DNA from: an uncultured Bacilli bacterium
GTDB lineage: Bacteria; Bacillota_I; Bacilli_A; RF39; UBA660
Direction: 5' to 3'
NCBI GenBank assembly: GCA_947629165.1
Contig: CANRCR010000001.1
Location: 86,246 to 150,245 of the forward strand
Length of the DNA: 64,000 nt
A program made the position numbers and the translations under genes. Positions 9,031 to 16,891 of the stretch are shown here, piece by piece (positions within the stretch are counted from its first letter, which is position 1; each line of letters begins with the position of its first letter). The notes beneath the pieces were generated by a model. It was given only the letters and a program-made list of their open reading frames with translations, was not told the origin of the DNA and did not search any database.

Positions 9031-9540
9031 GTGATTAACAAGCAAAATTTGTGGTTCTTAACATTATTTAGTTTGATTTTAGTATTAAGTGTTTATTACA
9101 TTACGATGCCGAGTGAATTGCTTCTTACCAATAACAGTAATTACGATACGAATGTTTCTAGTGATTCGGATACCGATGTTGTTCAGATCGAAGAAAGCGA
9201 TTTACTAACGGCCATGCGTGTCAGTTTAGATGAAGAACGACTTGAGTTACAAAATACACTTCAGGAAACTTTAACATCTACTTCTTCTTCGACCGAGGAT
9301 AAGAATGAAGCTTATGAAAAATTAAGACATCTCGACGAAGTAAAAGGAAAAGAAGAGACACTCGAAAATAAAATAAAAACAAATTTTAAACTGGATAACT
9401 TTATTAAAATTGATGGTAGTGAAATTCAAGTAGTTGTTGTTGCACAAGAACATAGTAGTGAACTTGCGAATAACATTATGCGTAGCATACAAGAAGAGTT
9501 TCCAGAAAAAGTATATGTGACTGTAAAATTTGAAAAGTAA
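9031..9540 (+). CDS. spoIIIAH: Stage III sporulation protein AH-like (SpoIIIAH family)
   Basis: GTG start. The N-terminus MINKQNLWFLTLFSLILVLSVYYI closely parallels B. subtilis SpoIIIAH (…WLLTMLSLVVVLSVYYI…). Single TM segment followed by a YscJ/FliF-like domain. It sits directly downstream of efp, as the spoIIIA operon does in Bacillus. Confidence 0.65.
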   Translation: MINKQNLWFLTLFSLILVLSVYYITMPSELLLTNNSNYDTNVSSDSDTDVVQIEESDLLTAMRVSLDEERLELQNTLQETLTSTSSSTEDKNEAYEKLRHLDEVKGKEETLENKIKTNFKLDNFIKIDGSEIQVVVVAQEHSSELANNIMRSIQEEFPEKVYVTVKFEK

Positions 9541-9633
9541 AATAATTTAGGCAAAATTACTATGCTTTTACCCTTCGAACTCATAAAATAATATGAGTCT
9601 ATATCAAAATGTTTTAGGAGAAGGAGTGAAAGT

Positions 9634-9843
9634 GTGCGCAAAGGTATTTTAACGAAAAGAGAAAAAGAAGTATTTAATCTCTTGGTTTTAAATAAAACGA
9701 CAAAAGAAATTGCTTTTGATTTAGGTATCAGTGAGAAAACCGTTCGTAATCATATTTCGAATGCTATGCAAAAATTGGGCGTTAAAGGTAGGGCAGGAGC
9801 GGTTGTCGAATTGTTAAAACTAAATGAAATCAGTCTCTCGTAA
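9634..9843 (+). CDS. gerE: Sporulation transcription regulator GerE (LuxR/FixJ-type HTH)
   Basis: 69 aa. ...LLTKREKEVFNLLVLNKTTKEIAFDLGISEKTVRNHISNAMQKLGVKGRAGAVVELL is nearly identical across its length to B. subtilis GerE. GTG start behind RBS aggagaaggag. Confidence 0.85.
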   Translation: MRKGILTKREKEVFNLLVLNKTTKEIAFDLGISEKTVRNHISNAMQKLGVKGRAGAVVELLKLNEISLS

Positions 9844-9870
9844 GAAAGATATAAAAATCTTTCTTTTTTG
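9843..9870 (+). terminator. Rho-independent terminator after gerE
   Basis: Hairpin agaaagatataaaaatctttct followed by a T-run. Confidence 0.65.
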
Positions 9871-9914
9871 TTATTTTAAAAACTTTCATTTCATACAATT
9901 GATTAGGTGATAAC

Positions 9915-10859
9915 ATGTTAAAACAAAAGGCCTTACGTAAAATTTTAGTAACTACTTTTGCCGTTTTTATTTTGTTTGTACTTTATTTAATTCCGGATAT
10001 TCAACCTACGAATCGGTTAAATCCTGTCACGGAAGTAGAATATGTCGACGAATTAAATACCAATGTTGTCTATCTCTTAAGTAATGATCGTTATTTAGTA
10101 AAAGCGCATCTTTTGCTAGAGGGAAATGATACTTTAAGTAAAGCGAAAAGCATTGTAAAAACTTTAACGATTAATCAAAATAAAAATTTACCAAGTGGTT
10201 TTACAGGAATTATTCCTGAAAAAACAATTTTAGAGGAAGTTACATTTGATAAAGGAATTTTAACACTTAATTTTAATAAAGAACTTTTATCGATCGATGC
10301 TGATTTAGAAGAACGAATGGTGGAGGCACTCGTTTATAGTCTTACTTCTTTGGATGGCGTAGAAGGAATTACGATCCGTGTAGAAAACGAAGTTTTAGAA
10401 GCTTTGCCACATCGTAAAAAGCCCCTTTCTTCTATTCTTACTACTGATTTTGGAATTAATAAAGTGTACGAATTTTCTCAAAAAGACGATATTCATAAAG
10501 TTGTTGTTTACTATCTTTTAGAAAATGATGATACGTATTATGTTCCCGTAACGAAATATGTAAATGATAGTCGTGATAAGATTGAAATTATTATTGATAA
10601 CTTATCGAGTAGTTATATTTATCAACCTAATTTGACTTCTTTTTTGGATCGAGAAGCAAGTTTGTTAAATTATGAAATTTCGGATGGATTAATGATTTTG
10701 GAGTTTAATGATCATCTTTTTGATGGCAATCAAAAAGTGTTAGAAGAGGTACTTTATACCATTTCGTATTCTGTTTTTGATAACTATGATGTCAATGAAG
10801 TACTATTTCAAGTAGGAGAGGAATCGGTCTTTAAACAGTTACGCACGGAACTACCATAA
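9915..10859 (+). CDS. gerM: GerM-like sporulation/germination protein (two GerMN domains, N-terminal membrane anchor)
   Basis: N-terminal TM helix. There are two repeats with the GerMN pattern (VVYLL...; IPEKT.LEEVTFDKGILTLNF...VYSLTSLDGVEGITIRVENE; and a second copy VVVYYLLENDD...GLMILEFNDHLF...LYTISYSVFDNYDVNEVLFQV). Confidence 0.55.
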   Translation: MLKQKALRKILVTTFAVFILFVLYLIPDIQPTNRLNPVTEVEYVDELNTNVVYLLSNDRYLVKAHLLLEGNDTLSKAKSIVKTLTINQNKNLPSGFTGIIPEKTILEEVTFDKGILTLNFNKELLSIDADLEERMVEALVYSLTSLDGVEGITIRVENEVLEALPHRKKPLSSILTTDFGINKVYEFSQKDDIHKVVVYYLLENDDTYYVPVTKYVNDSRDKIEIIIDNLSSSYIYQPNLTSFLDREASLLNYEISDGLMILEFNDHLFDGNQKVLEEVLYTISYSVFDNYDVNEVLFQVGEESVFKQLRTELP

Positions 10860-10901
10860 AAATTAATCCCTAAATTAAGCATAAAATGGAGCTATCTTCG
10901 A

Positions 10902-10929
10902 GGGAAGTTTAAAATACTTCCCTTTTTGT
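10902..10929 (+). terminator. Rho-independent terminator after the gerM-like gene
   Basis: Hairpin gggaagtttaaaatacttccc followed by ttttg. Confidence 0.65.
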
Positions 10930-11012
10930 CGTATCTTTTTCGAAAAAAAGATTGAATTATATCCTTTAGTTGTTGTATAATGAGAGTGCAAAATGAATTT
11001 ATTTTGTTTTAT

Positions 11013-11089
<77 letters not shown>

Positions 11090-11126
11090 TTTCGTTTTTT
11101 ACTCGATTGTTCGAGTTTGATTAAAT

Positions 11127-11152
11127 ACGACTTTTTTAAGTCGTTTTTTTCT
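11127..11152 (+). terminator. Rho-independent terminator after tRNA-Arg
   Basis: Hairpin acgacttttttaagtcgt followed by a T-run. Confidence 0.6.
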
Positions 11153-11244
11153 TTTCTTGACGATTATTTGTCAATTCATTTTTACTTTTTTTATTATTTC
11201 GAATATAATAAAATTAAAGTTATAAAAATAGAAAGGAGTATTTA

Positions 11245-11385
11245 TAACTAGCGCTAGGACCAGGATGGTTGACGAGGTTAACAGTGGTCGAAAGATTCAG
11301 CGGATGCTGTTACGGATACTACGTTCGTTAGACTATTCAAAAAAGACAAAATTAAAATTGTAACAAAGGAATAGTTTAGTAGTAG
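11245..11385 (+). ncRNA. glmS ribozyme (GlcN6P-responsive self-cleaving riboswitch) in the glmS leader
   Basis: Leader contains AGCGCUAGGACCAGG...GACGAGG...CGGAUGC, which matches the conserved glmS ribozyme core blocks (AGCGCC.G..., GACGAGG, GGAUGCC). It is positioned directly 5' of glmS, as in Gram-positives. Confidence 0.65.
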
Positions 11386-11396
11386 GAGGTTATAAT

Positions 11397-13163
11397 ATGT
11401 GTGGTATTGTAGGATACCTAGGAAATAGAAAAGCAATTCCTGTAATTATGCAGGGGTTAAAGAGTTTGGAATATCGTGGTTACGATTCTTCTGGAATTGC
11501 GTACGTTCAAGATCAGATGATTCACGTACTAAAAAAAGAAGGAAAAATAGAAAATTTAGATACCCTGTTGGATTATGATACGGATACCTATTTAGGAATC
11601 GCCCATACAAGGTGGGCTACGCATGGGAAGGCAAACGATATTAATGCTCATCCTCATACTTCAGGAAAAATCACTTTAGTTCATAATGGAATTATTGAAA
11701 ATTATGCCCAATTAAAGAAAAAACTCATTGAAAAAGGAAAAACTTTTGTCAGTGAAACCGATACGGAAGTCGTTGCTTGTTTACTCGATACTCTTTATGA
11801 AGAAACCAAAGATTTACTTAAAGCAATTGCACTTTTATCTGAAAAGGTAATCGGTTCTTATGCGTTAAATATTCTTTGTGAAGATGAACTCGATACTTTG
11901 TATGCCGTTCGAAAAGATAGTCCTTTGATTGTTGGAAGGGGGAATCAGGAATTTATTTTAGCGAGTGATATTCCAGCTTTACTTCCTGTTACGAATCATT
12001 ATTATCTTTTAGATAATTATGAAATTGTTAAAATAACCAAAGAAGGGATTTCTTTCTATGATCAAAAGTTAAATAAAATTACGAAAGTAGAACAGGAATA
12101 TACGGGTGACTTGGAAGTTTCTTCTAAAAAAGGATACGACCACTTTATGTTAAAGGAAATCAATGAACAACCGGAAGTAATTAAAAACTTACTTGCAAAA
12201 TATGTTGTAGAAGATCATCTTCAAAATGTTTTCGATATCAAAAAATATCAAACCATTGAAATTGTTGCCTGTGGAAGTGCCTATCATGCAGGTTTAATTG
12301 GCAAGTATTATTTGGAAAATTTAGCATCGATTCCAACGCGTGTCACTTATTCTTCCGAATATCGTTATCAGAAGAATTTCTTTGATAAGAATAATTTAGT
12401 TATTGTAATTTCACAATCTGGAGAAACGGCGGACACGTTAGCTGCTTTGAAATTAGCCAAAGAGCATGGAATCGACACGTTAGCGATTGTCAATGTGGTT
12501 TCTTCTTCGATTGCCCGTGAAGCAGATCATGTATTTTATACGGATGCCGGTATTGAAGTTGCGGTAGCGACTACCAAAGCTTATTTTGCTCAAGTAGTAT
12601 CGTTATTACTTCTTGCCGTGGCAACCTTAAAAGAACAAGCATCGATTCTTGCTTCATTGAAACAACTACCTTCGCTTATTTCGAAATATATTCATCATTT
12701 TGATTATGAAACACTTGCGAAACGTTTTATAGGTCGGGAACATATTTTCTATTTAGGAAGAGGCGTTGACTTTTCACTCGCAATGGAAGGAAGTTTAAAA
12801 TTAAAAGAAATTTCTTATATCCATAGTGAAGCTTATCCTGCTGGAGAATTAAAACATGGAACGATTTCACTAGTGGACGAAGAAACTGGAATTATTGCGG
12901 TTGTACTCGATCATACCATTAAAGAAAAGACGATTAGTAACTTGAAAGAAGTTGCTTCAAGGGGTGCTCAAGTGGTTGCTATTACGAACGATGCTACCGA
13001 TGAATTTTGTGATGAAAAAATACTTCTCGAAGATTATGATGCAGTGATTAATCCGTTAGTTGCGATTATTCCTATGCAATTATTAGCTTATCATGTTGCC
13101 AAGTTAAAAAAATGTGATATTGATAAACCACGCAATCTTGCGAAATCGGTTACCGTGGAATAA
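11397..13163 (+). CDS. glmS: Glutamine--fructose-6-phosphate aminotransferase
   Basis: N-terminal MCGIVGY (Ntn Cys). Two SIS domains. 588 aa. RBS taggaggtt. Confidence 0.9.
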   Translation: MCGIVGYLGNRKAIPVIMQGLKSLEYRGYDSSGIAYVQDQMIHVLKKEGKIENLDTLLDYDTDTYLGIAHTRWATHGKANDINAHPHTSGKITLVHNGIIENYAQLKKKLIEKGKTFVSETDTEVVACLLDTLYEETKDLLKAIALLSEKVIGSYALNILCEDELDTLYAVRKDSPLIVGRGNQEFILASDIPALLPVTNHYYLLDNYEIVKITKEGISFYDQKLNKITKVEQEYTGDLEVSSKKGYDHFMLKEINEQPEVIKNLLAKYVVEDHLQNVFDIKKYQTIEIVACGSAYHAGLIGKYYLENLASIPTRVTYSSEYRYQKNFFDKNNLVIVISQSGETADTLAALKLAKEHGIDTLAIVNVVSSSIAREADHVFYTDAGIEVAVATTKAYFAQVVSLLLLAVATLKEQASILASLKQLPSLISKYIHHFDYETLAKRFIGREHIFYLGRGVDFSLAMEGSLKLKEISYIHSEAYPAGELKHGTISLVDEETGIIAVVLDHTIKEKTISNLKEVASRGAQVVAITNDATDEFCDEKILLEDYDAVINPLVAIIPMQLLAYHVAKLKKCDIDKPRNLAKSVTVE

Positions 13164-13256
13164 GAGATAAAAGTACTTGTTAAAACAAGTGCTTTTTGTT
13201 TACTTTTGAATATTGCTATGTTATGATAATAATTATCATTATTAGGAGGTTTTGGA

Positions 13257-13733
13257 ATGAAAAAGATAATGTCTGTAGCAGGAGCAGCTGCTTTAGGAGT
13301 TACTTCTTTGGCAGGAACTGCGGCTATTGTTGCAAAAGGATGTATTGATGTTACCGCACATATGGTAGATAAAGGATATAAATTAAATAAGGATGCTTAT
13401 TTAGCTTATTCAAAAGAGCATAATGCATCGAAAGAAAAAGAAAAGACTTTTAAAGACACCTTATGTACTTTTCTTACTTACGTGCCGGTAGTTAATGTCG
13501 GAATATCACTTTACGTAATGCACGAAGTTACTAAAATGTTTGATGATGTAGAGGAGATATCTCCTTATCTTGAACCTTTAACAGAAAATGAAAAAATCGA
13601 ACGTGCTGGACTTCATAATAATTTTGAAAAAGCAATGTATTTTATAGAAGCTTCCGGATTAACCAAGGACGAAATCGAGTCATGTCTCGCAGAAGAAAAA
13701 GGTCCTACGTATATTAAACTTCCAACTGAATAG
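13257..13733 (+). CDS. Hypothetical protein with N-terminal hydrophobic/signal-like segment
   Basis: 158 aa, RBS taggaggtt, N-terminus MKKIMSVAGAAALGVTSLAGTAAIVA. A terminator follows. Confidence 0.5.
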   Translation: MKKIMSVAGAAALGVTSLAGTAAIVAKGCIDVTAHMVDKGYKLNKDAYLAYSKEHNASKEKEKTFKDTLCTFLTYVPVVNVGISLYVMHEVTKMFDDVEEISPYLEPLTENEKIERAGLHNNFEKAMYFIEASGLTKDEIESCLAEEKGPTYIKLPTE

Positions 13734-13736
13734 ATG

Positions 13737-13767
13737 AAAACGTATTTTTAAAATACGTTTTTTTTTG
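13737..13767 (+). terminator. Rho-independent terminator
   Basis: Hairpin aaaacgtatttttaaaatacgtttt followed by a T-run. Confidence 0.65.
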
Positions 13768-13824
13768 TAAAAAAAATTAGTATTCGTTTTATTTTTTCGG
13801 AATGATATCTTTGGAGGTGAAAAA

Positions 13825-15912
13825 ATGAAACATTACGAATGTGTTCGACAAGATGGAACGAAAGATTGTGGAATTGCTTCTTTACTTACTATTGTAAAAA
13901 CGTATGGTGGCTCCGTTTCGAAAGAGTATTTACGCACACTTACTAGGACAGGGAAGAATGGAGTGAATGCCTATTACTTACTCGAAGCAGGAAAAACATT
14001 AGGTTTTATGGCACAAGGAGTAGAAGCAGATTTTCGTACTTTTTCGAATCAAAATTTACCTTGTATTGCGCATATTACCGTTAATGAAAGTTATCAACAT
14101 TTTGTCGTCATTCATGCTATTCAAAAGGAAAAAGAATATCTTGTGGTAGCAGATCCAGCCGTTGGTATTCGAACGATTTCTTTTGCTGAATTCGACCGAT
14201 TATCTACTGGAAAATATTTGCTTTTTACTTTAACGAAACCCTTATTACAACAACAAAAGAGTCCATCTACTAAAAAGATTATTAACCTCACTTTAAAAAA
14301 CCATTATAAACTCTTGATTTTGATTTTCATATTTTCCTTTATTTATCTTTTTTTAGAGTTATTGACTTCTTTTGCATTTCAACTATTTCTTGAAGAAGGA
14401 ATGATTGGTTCCATCAAGCAAAATTTATTACTCGCTTTTGTTACTTTTTTAGGATTTACTTTTTTTCTTGAAGTGTTTCAATATCTTCGAAGAGTTTTTG
14501 TTTTTTACCTTTCTAATCATATCGATTTCGTACTTTTTAAACAACTCATCGAACATCTTTTTTCACTTCCGTATCTTTATTTTAAAAATCGCCCAACAGG
14601 AGAAGTTTTAGCGCGTCTTTCCGATCGACAGCAATTACAAGAAGGAATCACCCAATTCTTTTTATCTTTTTGTTTTGACGCCTTGGCCTTTTTATTTTTG
14701 TTTTTCTTTTTAAGTTGGTTTTTAAATTCGTTTTTTTGGGTACTTATCATCGGTTTTGTATTATTCGCTTTTGTATCCTATTATTTATTTCGACCAATCA
14801 AAGAAAAAATAGCTATTTGGACTAAAGAACGTGGAATGCATTTTTCTATGTTAACCGAGTCTCTTCGAGGAATTAGTTCCTTACAACATCTTGATCTTAC
14901 TACTTCTCATAGTCACTCTTTAATCTATGCGTATCGAAAGATACTAGGAGAACAAAATATTTTACAGAAGGATTTATCTCGTTTATTCGTATTTCGTGAA
15001 TTCGTTCAAAAAATATTATTACTCATCTATCTCTATTGGGGTGGTTTACAAGTCGTTCAAGGAACTTTATCTTTTGGTCGTTTTTTTGTTTGTTATACGT
15101 TTATTCATTATTTTATTGATCATTTTTCAAATTTACTTTTCTTTTTTGAAAATTATCAATCGATGGGGATTGTTATCGATCGACTCGATGAATTATTGCA
15201 GTGTCCTTCTCAAGAATTCCTATTTGAAGTAGGTGCCTCCCTAAAGAAATGGGAGCAAGGTATATCGATTCGAAACTTATCGTATTCCTATATTCCTCAT
15301 GACTTTGTTATTCGAAATTTTTCACTCGAAATAAAACCAGGTATGCGCCTTTTAATCTATGGAGAAAGTGGTAGTGGCAAAAGTACGTTGGCTAAACTGC
15401 TATTACGTTATTTTGAAGTTGCTCCTCATACCATTTATATCGACAATACGGATCTATCTGATTTTAATCTCTTACAATTACGGCAACAAATTTCTTATCT
15501 TTCTCAAGAAGAATTTCTTTTTACAGATAGTGTTTATCAAAATGTAGTACTGTATCGGGATGTTTCGTACGATGCTTTTTTAAAAGTGGCTAGGCTCGTC
15601 CGACTTGATTTTATTAAAGATAAAAGTAGTCTAGGATATCATTACTTACTGGAAGAAGATGGATTTAATTTAAGTGGTGGAGAAAGGCAACGTATTTTAT
15701 TAGCTCGAGCTTTATTAAAAGAGGCACAATTATATATTTTTGATGAAAGTTTTAGTGAAATTGATGTTCCTACTGAAAGAAAAATTTTAAAAGATCTTTT
15801 TCATACTTATCCGAATAAGACTTTTCTTATTATTTCTCATCGGCTATCCAATCAAGATTTATATGACCGAAAAATTTGTTTCCAAAAGGAGGGGATTCGT
15901 CGTGCAGTATGA
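13825..15912 (+). CDS. Bacteriocin-processing ABC transporter with N-terminal C39 peptidase domain (ComA/LagD/SunT type; ATP-binding plus permease)
   Basis: N-terminal C39 domain (QDGTKDCGIASL... catalytic Cys; H in HFVVIHA; D in ADPAVG). Six-helix TM region. ABC ATPase with Walker A GESGSGKST, signature LSGGERQRILLARAL, Walker B LYIFDES and H-loop ISHRLS. Confidence 0.85.
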   Translation: MKHYECVRQDGTKDCGIASLLTIVKTYGGSVSKEYLRTLTRTGKNGVNAYYLLEAGKTLGFMAQGVEADFRTFSNQNLPCIAHITVNESYQHFVVIHAIQKEKEYLVVADPAVGIRTISFAEFDRLSTGKYLLFTLTKPLLQQQKSPSTKKIINLTLKNHYKLLILIFIFSFIYLFLELLTSFAFQLFLEEGMIGSIKQNLLLAFVTFLGFTFFLEVFQYLRRVFVFYLSNHIDFVLFKQLIEHLFSLPYLYFKNRPTGEVLARLSDRQQLQEGITQFFLSFCFDALAFLFLFFFLSWFLNSFFWVLIIGFVLFAFVSYYLFRPIKEKIAIWTKERGMHFSMLTESLRGISSLQHLDLTTSHSHSLIYAYRKILGEQNILQKDLSRLFVFREFVQKILLLIYLYWGGLQVVQGTLSFGRFFVCYTFIHYFIDHFSNLLFFFENYQSMGIVIDRLDELLQCPSQEFLFEVGASLKKWEQGISIRNLSYSYIPHDFVIRNFSLEIKPGMRLLIYGESGSGKSTLAKLLLRYFEVAPHTIYIDNTDLSDFNLLQLRQQISYLSQEEFLFTDSVYQNVVLYRDVSYDAFLKVARLVRLDFIKDKSSLGYHYLLEEDGFNLSGGERQRILLARALLKEAQLYIFDESFSEIDVPTERKILKDLFHTYPNKTFLIISHRLSNQDLYDRKICFQKEGIRRAV

Positions 15913-16330
15913 AAAAGTGTACTATAAAGATGCTCTTACTTTTCCGTTAGTTCCTATCTTTATAGGAATAGTATTTGTTTTTTTAATTATTTTCTTTGGT
16001 TGGTTGATTCAATTCTTTTATTATCATTCGGCACTTACTGTACAAGGTGCATTTACCAAGGAAGAAAAAATGTATATTCTTTTTCCGAGTGCTTATGAAT
16101 CTACCATTTTTAAAAGTTCTTCAGTAACGATTGCCAATCAAACGATTCCGGTTTTAACAATCGAAGTGATTGGAAATAAAGTGATCGATGGAAACTTATA
16201 TACCGAAGCCTATTTGCATCTCGAATCCAGTTCTTTTTTGCCTTATCATTATTACGAAGTTACTTTGTTAGGTGAAAAGAAAAACTTTTGGGATTATCTC
16301 ATCAGTTATGGAAAGGAGGTGATGGCATGA
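15902..16330 (+). CDS. Small membrane protein co-transcribed with the bacteriocin ABC exporter (accessory or immunity candidate)
   Basis: In-frame GTG at 15902 overlaps the transporter stop. There is a long hydrophobic N-terminal segment (LVPIFIGIVFVFLIIFFGWLIQFFYY) followed by a soluble domain of about 100 aa. No recognisable HlyD fold. Confidence 0.45.
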   Translation: MQYEKVYYKDALTFPLVPIFIGIVFVFLIIFFGWLIQFFYYHSALTVQGAFTKEEKMYILFPSAYESTIFKSSSVTIANQTIPVLTIEVIGNKVIDGNLYTEAYLHLESSSFLPYHYYEVTLLGEKKNFWDYLISYGKEVMA

Positions 16331-16470
16331 GAGTGTTATCTTCCCAAGAACTCGTTCAGATGGAAGGAGGGAGTATTTCTTTATGGGTGAGTTGTGGGAT
16401 TGTTGCTTTGGTTGTTTTAGCCGCGGGTATTATCGATGGTTTCACCCGACCATTAAAATGTAATGATTAA
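16327..16470 (+). CDS. Double-glycine-leader bacteriocin precursor peptide A
   Basis: ATG at 16327 behind RBS aaggaggtg. MRVLSSQELVQMEGG | SISLWVSCGIVALVVLAAGIIDGFTRPLKCND. The leader fits the LSxxELxxIxGG consensus. The mature peptide is a 33-aa hydrophobic peptide with a GxxxG motif and 2 Cys. Confidence 0.75.
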   Translation: MRVLSSQELVQMEGGSISLWVSCGIVALVVLAAGIIDGFTRPLKCND

Positions 16471-16480
16471 AGGAGGTATT

Positions 16481-16648
16481 ATGAAATTATTAACGACGGA
16501 TGAATTATTGCAAATAGAAGGTGGTGTATCTCTTTCGGGGTCACTTATTAATGCCGTAGGTAGTATTATTAAGATTGTACTCGAAGTAGGACGAAGTATC
16601 GGAAGTGGGCTACGTCGTTTATATGACGATTCTATGTGCACTTTATGA
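16481..16648 (+). CDS. Double-glycine-leader bacteriocin precursor peptide B
   Basis: ATG at 16481 behind RBS aaggaggt. MKLLTTDELLQIEGG | VSLSGSLINAVGSIIKIVLEVGRSIGSGLRRLYDDSMCTL. Canonical GG leader. The mature peptide is 41 aa, amphipathic and Gly-rich, with a GxxxG motif. Confidence 0.75.
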   Translation: MKLLTTDELLQIEGGVSLSGSLINAVGSIIKIVLEVGRSIGSGLRRLYDDSMCTL

Positions 16649-16818
16649 GAACCTTTTTCGTAACCCATAAAAAGACTTTTTTTCTTGGTGGACAAATTCT
16701 CTTTATTCTAATTTTTATCCTTTATGGTGTTCCTATATTATTTCATGTTGGGACTTATATCGGATCTTTTTTACGGTATGTTTTTATCGTTTTTTATAAA
16801 TTGGCACACCTGTTGTAA
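16636..16818 (+). CDS. Small two-helix hydrophobic protein (candidate bacteriocin immunity protein)
   Basis: 60 aa: ...FFLGGQILFILIFILYGVPILFHVGTYIGSFLRYVFIVFY. Located immediately 3' of the peptide genes. Confidence 0.4.
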   Translation: MHFMRTFFVTHKKTFFLGGQILFILIFILYGVPILFHVGTYIGSFLRYVFIVFYKLAHLL

Positions 16819-16891
16819 ATTTTTTGTCAAATTAGTGGTATTTCTTTTGTTTCTTTACTATAATAGAAAGTATTAGAAATGAGGAAAGAAA

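Noticed and set aside
9560-9633. Sigma-K promoter call for gerE based on CATAAAATA
   Set aside because: The -10-like element is present, but there is no AC dinucleotide at the expected -35 spacing. It is mentioned only as a possibility.
9634-9843. Reading the 69-aa LuxR-type HTH protein as a quorum-sensing/two-component solo regulator
   Set aside because: Its near-identity to GerE along the whole length and its presence in a genome with many sporulation genes make GerE the better call.
14996-15547. Two small + ORFs (78 aa, 62 aa) inside the ABC transporter gene
   Set aside because: They are off-frame relative to a continuous, motif-complete ABC transporter reading frame. They are hydrophobic junk from the T-rich TM-coding region.
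16288-16470. ORF-track versions of the two peptide genes (starts at 16288 and 16463)
   Set aside because: Those starts lack RBSs and fuse junk residues onto the leaders. The ATGs at 16327 and 16481 sit at the optimal distance from aaggagg sites and give canonical GG leaders.
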